This document shows positions 28,871-37,783 of a DNA stretch of 64,000 nt, piece by piece (the first letter of the stretch is position 1; every line of letters starts with the position of its first letter). The notes under the pieces are model-generated. The model saw nothing but the letters and a program-made list of their open reading frames with translations, was not told where the DNA came from and made no database searches. Source of the stretch: an uncultured Bdellovibrionales bacterium (lineage in GTDB: Bacteria > Bdellovibrionota_C > UBA2361 > SZUA-149 > DAOLCO01). The DNA lies in assembly GCA_964353175.1 (NCBI GenBank), contig CAYGUX010000002.1, positions 214,786-278,785 of the forward strand, read 5' to 3'. The position numbers were made by a program, and so were the translations under genes.

Positions 28871-29627
28871 GAAATTAGCGGATGATAATACTCCAATTCG
28901 CCTTCAGAAGTTATTAGCTGAGGCTGGTGTTGCGTCACGTAGGGCTTGTGAGGCGCTAATTCAAGGTGGTCGCGTTGAAGTAAATGGTTCTATCGTTACT
29001 AAGCTTGGAACTCATGCTACTCCTTTTGTAGATAAAGTGCGCGTTGATGGCGTAAATATCTTTATTCAAGAAAAAGTTGTTTATCTTTTTAATAAACCTA
29101 AACTTGTTATCAGCTCCATGAAAGATCCTGAGGGCAGACCTTGTGTAGGTGATTATGTCTCAGATTTTAAGGTTCGTGTCTTTCCTGTTGGTCGTCTTGA
29201 TTATGATGTGTCTGGTTTAATCGTTCTTACTAATGATGGTTCACTTTCCCAATCATTACTTCATCCTAAGTATGAGGTTAAGAGAAAATATGTAGCCCGT
29301 TTAAGGGGACAGCTTACGGAGAAGAAGATTGAACTGCTTCTTAGAGGGATTAGCTTGCCTGATGGATTAGCAAGGGCATCTTCAATAAAGATCCTTGATA
29401 GCAAAGATAAGCGTTATATAAAGCATGTGGGGCAGTTGAAGGAAGGGGAGACTTTGGTCTCTTTGGAAGTGAAAGAGGGTCGAAACCACTTTGTTAAAAG
29501 AATTTTTGAGGCTGTAGGCGCTCCAGTTAAAGGCTTAATGAGAGAGGAATTCGGTCCATACGCTTTGGGTAGTATTAAGCCTGGAGAGATAAGACGAGTC
29601 GGCTTTTCTGGTGGATTGTTAGGATAA
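28857..29627 (+). CDS. rluB: rRNA pseudouridine synthase (RluB/RsuA family, S4 domain + catalytic domain)
   Basis: S4 domain IRLQKLLAEAGVASRRACEALIQGGRVEVNG; catalytic VGRLDYDVSGLIVLTNDG (RLD motif). First ATG at 28857 preferred over TTG 28821. Confidence 0.85.
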   Translation: MPATEKLADDNTPIRLQKLLAEAGVASRRACEALIQGGRVEVNGSIVTKLGTHATPFVDKVRVDGVNIFIQEKVVYLFNKPKLVISSMKDPEGRPCVGDYVSDFKVRVFPVGRLDYDVSGLIVLTNDGSLSQSLLHPKYEVKRKYVARLRGQLTEKKIELLLRGISLPDGLARASSIKILDSKDKRYIKHVGQLKEGETLVSLEVKEGRNHFVKRIFEAVGAPVKGLMREEFGPYALGSIKPGEIRRVGFSGGLLG

Positions 29628-29736
29628 CTTGTTTTATAGGCTCTTTCGAGGTCATAAATCCATTATATTAATATAAATACTGGTTTTTTTAGTTAAGGCC
29701 ATTGACAAGACCCCCTAATCTTTGACATAAGGTGCG

Positions 29737-29813
<77 letters not shown>

Positions 29814-29894
29814 AACCACTTTTTCAATTAAAATATTTTTTAGCACTTCGATGCTTAGTAATCACTTTTAGTACTTAGTGAGTTTTGGTCTGTA

Positions 29895-30728
29895 CTATGG
29901 GTTATAGTCGTTTGTTTTTGCCCATTTTTGAATATCTTTAGTGAGGCTTAGTAGGAATTGTTCTTGGGATTGATTGAAGGCTATTCTAAATGCTTCTTTC
30001 TCACTCTTCCCATCTTTTAATTCTTTTATAAATTCTGTAATTCCTTCATAGCCATTTCGCCCTAATAGTTTTTTAGTCGCGACAAGTGATTCCGCGTAGG
30101 CTGCTGGTACGATAGACTCATGAAGTAAAGTAAATCCCTGTCCAAGCCAATCAAGCGGCATCGCATCGTTTGAAGCAATCCATTTTCTTAAGGCAGGCCC
30201 TAGAAGGGGATTGATTTTTCCTTCAAACATCTGTGCTAATCCTTCATCTAACCATGCGGGGCAAGTTCCATTAGAGAGTTCGTGTAGAACTGCATGTGCA
30301 TATTCATGAGTAATTGCTCTATCCAGGTCACTTAAATTGACTCCCTTTTTGGCATTGAAGGGAATAGTGATCTCATCGTTAAAATACATCGCGCTTGTCC
30401 ATTCCGGGGCGCCTGTGTATCTTTTAAATTCACTTGGGGAGAGAAATTTAATTGTAATCTTTTTTTGAGGAGCAAAGTTAAATACCTTAGAGTACCTTTC
30501 GTACGCTTTTTCTAAAACGGTAAAAGCGAATCCAGCTACTTTCTCGCGTGAGAGTATTTTTGAATTTACATCTGTAGTTTTCTCTCCAAAGTAGAGAATA
30601 AACCGAGGGGTTTGATATGTTCTGATTTGTTCGGCTTCTGATGCCTTTGATTCATTCTGAGATAGTCCCAAAAATGTCATTAACATTAGAATGACGATAG
30701 GAAATGTTACTGCTTTACTGCTTTTCAT
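29895..30728 (-). CDS. Secreted zinc metallopeptidase-like protein (HExxH)
   Basis: Signal peptide MKSSKAVTFPIVILMLMTFLGLS; HEYAHAVLHE zinc-binding motif; 277 aa. Confidence 0.65.
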   Translation of the reverse strand: MKSSKAVTFPIVILMLMTFLGLSQNESKASEAEQIRTYQTPRFILYFGEKTTDVNSKILSREKVAGFAFTVLEKAYERYSKVFNFAPQKKITIKFLSPSEFKRYTGAPEWTSAMYFNDEITIPFNAKKGVNLSDLDRAITHEYAHAVLHELSNGTCPAWLDEGLAQMFEGKINPLLGPALRKWIASNDAMPLDWLGQGFTLLHESIVPAAYAESLVATKKLLGRNGYEGITEFIKELKDGKSEKEAFRIAFNQSQEQFLLSLTKDIQKWAKTNDYNP

Positions 30729-30955
30729 GGGTACTACTACTACTAAAATTATCCCATTAACCTCTACAATGAGAGATCTATTAGATTTAATATCGGTTGA
30801 TTCTCAAAAACTTTTGAGTTAAAAATGAGTGAATTGATGTTTGGGCGATAAGTATTGTAATTCCTTAGGGAAATTCACAGTTGACTGGATTAACTTGTTT
30901 AATATGCTACTCTCCTGAGATCAATTATTAATCTAAAAATCTTGGTGTTTTAACT

Positions 30956-32026
30956 ATGGCTAAATTTAGATCGGGTGTTCTTTTTGGGGATGAAGTAACT
31001 GAGGTATTTGATTACGCTGCAAAAAATGAGTTTGCTCTTCCAGCCGTCAACGTAATTGGTACTAATACTGTTAATGCTGTTTTAGAGGCAGCTAGAGACG
31101 TTAATTCACCAGTAATTATTCAATTTTCTAATAGTGGTTCCCATTTTTATGCAGGTAAGGGCGTAGATAACAAGACTCAAGCAGCAAGTATAGCAGGAGC
31201 GATAAGTGGAGCCCAACATGTTCACTTAATGGCAGAGCAATATGGCGTGCCAGTTATTCTTCACACAGATCATTGTGCATTAAAATTGATGCCTTGGGTT
31301 GATGGATTGTTAGCAGCTGGGGAGAAGTTTTTTAAGGAACATGGAAAACCCCTCTATAGTAGCCATATGCTTGATTTGAGCGAAGAGCCTTTAGAGGAGA
31401 ATGTCGCGATCTGTAAAAAATATTTAGCTAGAATGGCTCCACTCGGGATGACCTTAGAGATAGAACTAGGTGTTACTGGTGGGGAAGAGGATGGTGTTGA
31501 TAATACTGATGTTGATAGTGCTAAGCTTTACACACAGCCAAGTGAGGTTGCCTATGCATTTAAGGAACTATCTGAGGTTAGTCCAAGATTTACAATTGCT
31601 GCTTCCTTTGGGAACGTTCATGGTGTGTATAAACCAGGGAATGTGAAACTTCAGCCAGTGATTTTAAAGAATTCACAGTCCTATATTAGAGAAACTTTGG
31701 GTGTCAGTAAGGATAAGCCTGTTCATTTCGTTTTCCATGGTGGATCCGGATCTTCCAGAGAAGAGATAAGAGAAGGGGTGTCTTATGGGGCGATTAAGAT
31801 GAATATAGACACTGATCTTCAGTGGGCCTACTGGGACGGTATAAAAGACTTCTATAAGAGCAAGGAAGGTTATCTTCAGGCACAGATTGGAAACCCTGAA
31901 GGGGATGATAAGCCTAATAAAAAGTTTTATGATCCTAGGGTGTGGTTGAGAGAGGGGGAAAAGACATTTATAAGTAGATTAAAACTTGCCTTTGAGGATT
32001 TGAATTGTTTAGGAAGAAATGAGTAG
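30956..32026 (+). CDS. fbaA: Class II fructose-bisphosphate aldolase
   Basis: 356 aa; ...HTDHC..., GVYKPGNVKL, FHGGSGS motifs of class II FBA. Confidence 0.9.
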   Translation: MAKFRSGVLFGDEVTEVFDYAAKNEFALPAVNVIGTNTVNAVLEAARDVNSPVIIQFSNSGSHFYAGKGVDNKTQAASIAGAISGAQHVHLMAEQYGVPVILHTDHCALKLMPWVDGLLAAGEKFFKEHGKPLYSSHMLDLSEEPLEENVAICKKYLARMAPLGMTLEIELGVTGGEEDGVDNTDVDSAKLYTQPSEVAYAFKELSEVSPRFTIAASFGNVHGVYKPGNVKLQPVILKNSQSYIRETLGVSKDKPVHFVFHGGSGSSREEIREGVSYGAIKMNIDTDLQWAYWDGIKDFYKSKEGYLQAQIGNPEGDDKPNKKFYDPRVWLREGEKTFISRLKLAFEDLNCLGRNE

Positions 32027-32075
32027 GAATTATATGATTCCTTAGTCGCGCTTAATTAAGTAGTTTGTAAAAAGA

Positions 32076-32309
32076 CTACTTAGTTTGTTTCTCTTGATAG
32101 TATTTAACTTTATTGTTATCAAATTCTTCTTCGGGAAGAGACTTGTCATCTGCATAGAATGCGAGGTCCTTATAGGGGTTAAAGTTTGGATCGTACTGTT
32201 GTTGATCTTCGATGCTGGATGTTCTGTTTAGTTTAGAGATAAATGCGATACTGCAGAGTAATAGTCCAGATAAGATGAGTATGAGTTTAACTATAAATGA
32301 AAATAACAT
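32076..32309 (-). CDS. Small N-terminally membrane-anchored protein (77 aa)
   Basis: Hydrophobic N-terminus, acidic tail; modest support. Confidence 0.35.
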   Translation of the reverse strand: MLFSFIVKLILILSGLLLCSIAFISKLNRTSSIEDQQQYDPNFNPYKDLAFYADDKSLPEEEFDNNKVKYYQEKQTK

Positions 32310-32588
32310 AGTATCTCCTTTACCAAATCGCTTTTAAAGTAACTGCTCCCTTATAATATCACATCGCAAATGGCTAAATAAGTAGGGCGAGTAAAGAAAA
32401 AGGTAAAAGAACTTTTCAGAATTTTATCAATAAAAGTAAGCCCTTAGAAGATAACCCTTTTTTTTATTTCTTCATAGGATACACTTTTAGTTTAAATGAG
32501 CAAAACGTTACTAAATGGTTGGCGGTCGAAAAGATACGATCGTGGGTAATGGCTGGTAATTATAAATATAAAAATGAGGAAAGAGTTT

Positions 32589-33011
32589 ATGAAAGTTGTA
32601 GCCAATAAGGTACGTTCTGCATTTCGAGCGACCTGCACACGGGTGGCAGTAAGTGCGACACAGAATGTGGATAAAATTTTATTAGTAGCTGGCGTTGGTC
32701 TGATAGCTGGGGGAGTCGCAGATTTCTCCATCGCTCAGAGTGGACAAGGACCTACAGGGTCTTGGACACAAGCTAACTATGATGATGAGTTAGTAAGAGC
32801 TGGGGTGGGTAACCTCTTCAGACTTATTGAAGGTGCCTTCGGTGCACTCATCATGGTGGTAGCTGGTTTAGGAGCAATTGTTGCTGCTGCAATGGGAGCT
32901 TATAGAGCTGCTGTTGGTATGTTAGTGGTTGCTTTAGGAGCATTTATATTAAGAGCTTTAGTATCACTATTCTTCGGTCAAGGTTTCGATGCCTACTCCG
33001 ATGGACAATAG
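32589..33011 (+). CDS. VirB2/TrbC-pilin-like small membrane protein (orphan)
   Basis: Basic leader MKVVANKVRSAFRATCTRVAVSATQNVDK, hydrophobic h-region ending AQS (signal-peptidase-like site), then Gly/Ala-zipper hydrophobic hairpin; ATG at 32589 has GAGGAAAG upstream. Confidence 0.45.
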   Translation: MKVVANKVRSAFRATCTRVAVSATQNVDKILLVAGVGLIAGGVADFSIAQSGQGPTGSWTQANYDDELVRAGVGNLFRLIEGAFGALIMVVAGLGAIVAAAMGAYRAAVGMLVVALGAFILRALVSLFFGQGFDAYSDGQ

Positions 33012-33071
33012 TCTAAGTTAGACTATAAAAGTCAAAATGGCCTAGATGGAGAAATTCATCTAGGCCATTTT

Positions 33072-36000
33072 TTATTTACATTCCTTCTTCTCACAAGACA
33101 GCTTAATTAAGGGCTCTAGTTCTGGGGCTATCATTTTAACTAGCTGAACTGGTAGGGCACTTGTGAATCTAAATTTAGCGGCGTCTTCCCCTGGAACGAA
33201 GGCCGTTAAAGTACCGAAGAAACGGTCTCCTAGTATGAACATGAATGTAGCAGTTCTGTTTACAACTCTATTAATCCTAACTCCATTTCTGAATACTTTA
33301 TATCGATGATCTCCTGTGCCTGTTTTGCCCCCTAAGTGGAGAGTTGTATCGCCTACCTTAATTCCATCTTTTAATCTTATCGCGGTACCATTTGAGACTA
33401 CATCCATTAAGGCATCTCTGCCTACTTGGGCAATTTCAGGAGATAGAACTTGTTCGCATTCTTTGGGCGTGAAACTTAATGTTGTTTCATAAGGGGTGTC
33501 TTTTGCAAAATGTATTTTGTCTATACTGCTTTTAGAACATTTTTTTCCATTATTTAATATGATACCCATCAATTCTGATAGAGAGTCTGGCCTATCCGCA
33601 GATGTTCCTAATGCAGTAGCATAGGATGGTACAAGTGAGGGGAGAGCATAACCGAGTCGTACCCACCTACGATGAATTTCAGTGAATGCTTCAGTTTCAA
33701 GGATGATTTGTATTCGTTTGTCCTGAGCATGCCGCCGAGAGGTATTCATAAGCCAGTCATATACGAATATTCTTTCCTGCATAGTATTCTCGAAAAGCTC
33801 TGATAGAGAGGTCTCAGGGTTCTTAATTAATACTGCCGCTACAAGTAGCTCCAGCGGATGTGTTCTTGCGAGATAACCCTTGTCTCCTAGTGTTTTAGCG
33901 CGCTCGGTGTACCAGGTGTAATATTTTTCGAGTTCCTTCCTACTGATTGCCTCATGATCTATATGTTTTTTCATGAATTCTATGAATTCTTCAATGCCAG
34001 CTTCTGGGTGAAGGAACCAGAATATGCTTGCAAATCTTCCAGGCTTTCTTTTTACGGAATCCATTAGGATGGTTAGTATTTCTTCTGAAGTTTTACCTTT
34101 ATATTTGAGATAGAACCTACCCATAAAGATCTTACCTTCTTTATTCGCGAATTGTTCTAAGTAGTCTTTCCTAACTTCTTCTGACATATTTTCTACAGTG
34201 CTAACACTAGAACCTTTAGTATTGTAGGTGAAATATTTAGAAACATCTCTCATTAGTCTGATTAAAGGGAGATTGATTGAATGTCTAATGGCTTCTCTCA
34301 TAGTGACTGTTCGACCATCATCAGATCGTTTGAAGTTCGAAAATGTATGAACTCCACCAGCCGTAAAAAATCGCTCAGAGGTACTTGCAGAATATTGCCG
34401 ATCCATCGCCCTTTCTAGAACGTCTGATAGGCTCGGAGTTTCATTTGAATCAATTAAAGTTGCTAGTACCCACTTGCTTAGGTTGTCTTTTGATTTAGTA
34501 AGTGCGCTTCTAAGCTCTTTTTTGGTAAGTTTTAAGTTGTTGTTATATATCTCCTCGATTACTTCAAGGTAAGTTACTAGAGTTCTGAACTTGGCAGTTG
34601 AACCTAAATCAAGTTTAACTCCTTCATTAATGTTAAATGGTTGGTTAAATGTATCGGTCTGTATTCGTAACTTATCGACACCATCTACATTCTCAAATAG
34701 AGTAAAGCTATAAATAACTTTCGCTGGATCGGCAGAAGTGCTGAGTAGTCTAAATCCATCAAGCCCTAATTTTTCTGTTTCTTTTTTAGAATGCAAGCTA
34801 AGTAGGATTCTTGTGATTGATTCTTGAACGTTTGCCGCCAAAGTACTTTCAACCTCTGCATCTATGCGGTCGAGGTCGTATAGGCTTTTTACTTTCATTA
34901 ATTGAAGCAAATGAGTGCGGATGACATTCGGGCCTTTTCTAAGGGTATATGGTGTCCCGCCTACATGAGGTAGAACGGTACGGTGACTTATCTTTGTTTC
35001 TAAAGCGGTTGAATAGAGGGGATAGGGAATAATCCCTTCGTTAAATAGAGCTGGTAGATATTTAGAAACTTGTGCTTCAAGTACGGCAGGGTTGCCTATT
35101 AGATAGTCCGTTGGTCGTCTGTGAGCTAGGAAGAGGCTTAGTACTTCTTTATAGGAGGTAGCTTGCTCTAATAATAGCTGAGTATCTTCTATATTAATTG
35201 GTTTTGTTAAGGCTTCGTTTAATTTTTTTGGATCTTCTCCGTAGTAGGCCCATAAGCCATCGCCTAAACCAAAGACTTCTCCATATCCAGGCACCGCGGC
35301 TAGGGGCACGGAGTTTATATAGTCAAGAGCAATATCTTTTCTCGCATCTAAGGTATCTATAGATTTATGATAGGCTTTTAGGGAAGCAGAACCCATTTGT
35401 GTAAGTTTCTGAATGGGTTTTAGAGTTAATCCATCTGGGGAGTGTCTGAATTTTTCTATCTGTGTAGCTAGTGTGCTCCCACCTGGTACATCTCTATGTC
35501 CAAATACTTTTTTAAGGACTAAGTCAGATGTTGCCTTTAGGAATCTATCCCATTCCACGGCTGGATTGTGATGACTTTTAATCGGAGATAGTAGGTTCCT
35601 ATCTTCTATGAATAGAAGTGTATTAACGATATAGGGGCTAATAGAATCTAGAGTTGGAAATACCCAGGTAGGTTCTTTGAACCTAGTTAAGATGCTTCCA
35701 TCATAAGCTTTAATGAAAAGCCCAGATTCCGCCTTTTCATTGTATGGTAAATTTAAACCATACTTTAAGATGTCGATACCTTCTTTGGAGAGTTGTGAGA
35801 AGTTGTCTTGTTTGAAGGAGTTGGATTTTAAGTTTTTAACATACTCATTAATGTGGCTATACCCTAGTCTAAGGTCGTATGGTCCCAGAGGAGCATTGGG
35901 GAGCTCGCCTTCGCCATTAACTAAATTAAAATCAATATCTTTGCTAAGCTTATAAAAGATTTTAGATTGGAAATGGCTGCTCCGAATCTCAAAGGAGATA

Positions 36001-36371
36001 AACGCAATTGCTATCGCAGCTATAAGTAATACCAGCGCAACCCACTTCCAAAGTTTACTAGTTTGCTCTAGTTCAGATAATGATTCTTCTGGTATGAGCA
36101 CTCCCGAAGTCGTCCGTACATCGGGTAGGATTGTTTCCTGAATCTCCTTCGGAATTCTTTTTTCAGATTTTTTTAGCGGACTTTTTCGGTCTTTTTTTTC
36201 AGTCTTTTCTTTAGAGCGAATTTTTTTGGTTTTTTCTAATTTTACAGGGGTCTCTTTAGGGGAAATTTCCTTGGAATTCTCAAGTTGTTTGAGGAGATCC
36301 TTAGGCGAGGCTATCTGCTTGGTTTTATTGCGTTTTCCCTGTTTTTTTTTGCTTTTAGTTTGTTTCTTCAC
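33072..36371 (-). CDS. Class A penicillin-binding protein-like (GT51 transglycosylase + transpeptidase motifs), unusually long (1099 aa) with ~110-aa Lys-rich cytoplasmic tail
   Basis: GT51 motifs FIEDRNLL..H and GGSTLATQ; STAK, SIN, KTGT transpeptidase-like motifs; single TM after basic tail. Confidence 0.7.
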   Translation of the reverse strand: MKKQTKSKKKQGKRNKTKQIASPKDLLKQLENSKEISPKETPVKLEKTKKIRSKEKTEKKDRKSPLKKSEKRIPKEIQETILPDVRTTSGVLIPEESLSELEQTSKLWKWVALVLLIAAIAIAFISFEIRSSHFQSKIFYKLSKDIDFNLVNGEGELPNAPLGPYDLRLGYSHINEYVKNLKSNSFKQDNFSQLSKEGIDILKYGLNLPYNEKAESGLFIKAYDGSILTRFKEPTWVFPTLDSISPYIVNTLLFIEDRNLLSPIKSHHNPAVEWDRFLKATSDLVLKKVFGHRDVPGGSTLATQIEKFRHSPDGLTLKPIQKLTQMGSASLKAYHKSIDTLDARKDIALDYINSVPLAAVPGYGEVFGLGDGLWAYYGEDPKKLNEALTKPINIEDTQLLLEQATSYKEVLSLFLAHRRPTDYLIGNPAVLEAQVSKYLPALFNEGIIPYPLYSTALETKISHRTVLPHVGGTPYTLRKGPNVIRTHLLQLMKVKSLYDLDRIDAEVESTLAANVQESITRILLSLHSKKETEKLGLDGFRLLSTSADPAKVIYSFTLFENVDGVDKLRIQTDTFNQPFNINEGVKLDLGSTAKFRTLVTYLEVIEEIYNNNLKLTKKELRSALTKSKDNLSKWVLATLIDSNETPSLSDVLERAMDRQYSASTSERFFTAGGVHTFSNFKRSDDGRTVTMREAIRHSINLPLIRLMRDVSKYFTYNTKGSSVSTVENMSEEVRKDYLEQFANKEGKIFMGRFYLKYKGKTSEEILTILMDSVKRKPGRFASIFWFLHPEAGIEEFIEFMKKHIDHEAISRKELEKYYTWYTERAKTLGDKGYLARTHPLELLVAAVLIKNPETSLSELFENTMQERIFVYDWLMNTSRRHAQDKRIQIILETEAFTEIHRRWVRLGYALPSLVPSYATALGTSADRPDSLSELMGIILNNGKKCSKSSIDKIHFAKDTPYETTLSFTPKECEQVLSPEIAQVGRDALMDVVSNGTAIRLKDGIKVGDTTLHLGGKTGTGDHRYKVFRNGVRINRVVNRTATFMFILGDRFFGTLTAFVPGEDAAKFRFTSALPVQLVKMIAPELEPLIKLSCEKKECK

Positions 36372-36538
36372 GCTTAGCTCTAGGGCAATAACCTTTAATT
36401 AAAAAATATATGTATTTTTGATGCAATAGACTTGATATTAGCTAGCCTATTTGTTTGAGTCTAGCAGACTTTTTAATGAATCTCTTGTAGTTTGTTTTTA
36501 GGAATTATTGGCATGACATTTTTTAGACTATTTAATTG

Positions 36539-37783
36539 ATGAGCAAAGCGAACGTCCTGCATTTGGCAGATTTACACTTAGATTCGCCTTTTAATAGCGT
36601 ATCCTACCTTCCAGATTCATTGAAGGACCGTTTAAAGAACGCTTCAATGCAGGCTTTTGAGGTAGCTATTGATTATGCCATAGCTAATCACTGTGATGCT
36701 GTGCTGATAGCAGGTGATATCTATGATGGGGTTAGAACCAGTTCTAGAGCACAAGTGTTTTTTAAGAAATGCATCGACAGGTTGTGTTCTGCGGGCATTT
36801 ACTCGGTAATTGCCCATGGCAATCATGACCTTTCTACTGATTGGGCATTGGTAACTGAATGGCCTGAAAATGTGGTTTTTTTACCTGTGGAGGGTTTCGA
36901 CGGAATTAAGTTGGTCTCTAAGGAAGGGGAGCCAATTAATATAGTTGGTTCGAGTGGAGTGTATAGAGACTTGAAGTCATTAGAGTCAGCTATCAAGTCT
37001 ATCAGTGTTTCTTTGAATATTGATAGAAGCCATTTTTCATTCTCAGTTTTTCATTCGGACATTTCTGGCACTGCACCAGAGAGCGCAAATTATAATAGTT
37101 TCTTACCATCGGATTTGGCAACCTTGCCTATTAATTATTGGGCATTGGGCCATCTCCATAGTTTTAATGTGCATAGAGAGAATCCTCATATTATTTATCC
37201 TGGTACTATCCAAGGTAGGAGTTTAAAACCCTCTGAGTGTGGGGAGAAAGGAGGGGTGCATGTGGTTGTTGAGAATGGTCGAATCAAGGATTTGAAATTT
37301 GTAAATTTTTCTCAAGTGATTTTTAATCATATTGAACTTAAGATCGAGAGGGTTATGTCCCCAGGGGATTTAGTCCTAGAGATTAAAAACCTACTAGCTG
37401 CCCACCTTAGAGAGGGTGTGATGCAAATTCTTAGAATAAACTTAAAAACCTTGGCGCAGAATAGAGACTCGTTTAAAACGACCAATAAGGAAGAAGAGTT
37501 TCTATTTACTTTAAGAGAACTTGTTTTTAAGGAATTGGGGATTGCCATAGAATCTCTTAGATGGATTCAGTCGAAGGATAAGGATTCTCCTCTGGTGAAA
37601 GATATATTGTGTCAAGTGGAGAGTCTAATTGAGAGTGAATTTAATAGTTCTGCAGATAAAATTAACTCAATCCTTAAGTCTGAGTCATTATTGATAGGGA
37701 TTGATACTGATATTGATATTGTCGAAGTTCTGGATGCCGCTAGAGAACGAGTCCGATCTTTATTGCAGGTGCCTAATGAGTGA
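36539..37783 (+). CDS. SbcD/Mre11-family metallophosphoesterase nuclease (YhaO/SbcF-like)
   Basis: LHLADLHLDSPF, GDIYD, GNHD calcineurin-like motifs; stop overlaps ATPase start. Confidence 0.8.
   Translation: MSKANVLHLADLHLDSPFNSVSYLPDSLKDRLKNASMQAFEVAIDYAIANHCDAVLIAGDIYDGVRTSSRAQVFFKKCIDRLCSAGIYSVIAHGNHDLSTDWALVTEWPENVVFLPVEGFDGIKLVSKEGEPINIVGSSGVYRDLKSLESAIKSISVSLNIDRSHFSFSVFHSDISGTAPESANYNSFLPSDLATLPINYWALGHLHSFNVHRENPHIIYPGTIQGRSLKPSECGEKGGVHVVVENGRIKDLKFVNFSQVIFNHIELKIERVMSPGDLVLEIKNLLAAHLREGVMQILRINLKTLAQNRDSFKTTNKEEEFLFTLRELVFKELGIAIESLRWIQSKDKDSPLVKDILCQVESLIESEFNSSADKINSILKSESLLIGIDTDIDIVEVLDAARERVRSLLQVPNE

Noticed and set aside
29700-29736. Sigma70-like TTGACA upstream of tRNA-fMet
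   Set aside because: A -35-like hexamer is present but no convincing -10 at proper spacing; given the atypical (SD-less, possibly non-sigma70-consensus) lineage I do not call a promoter.
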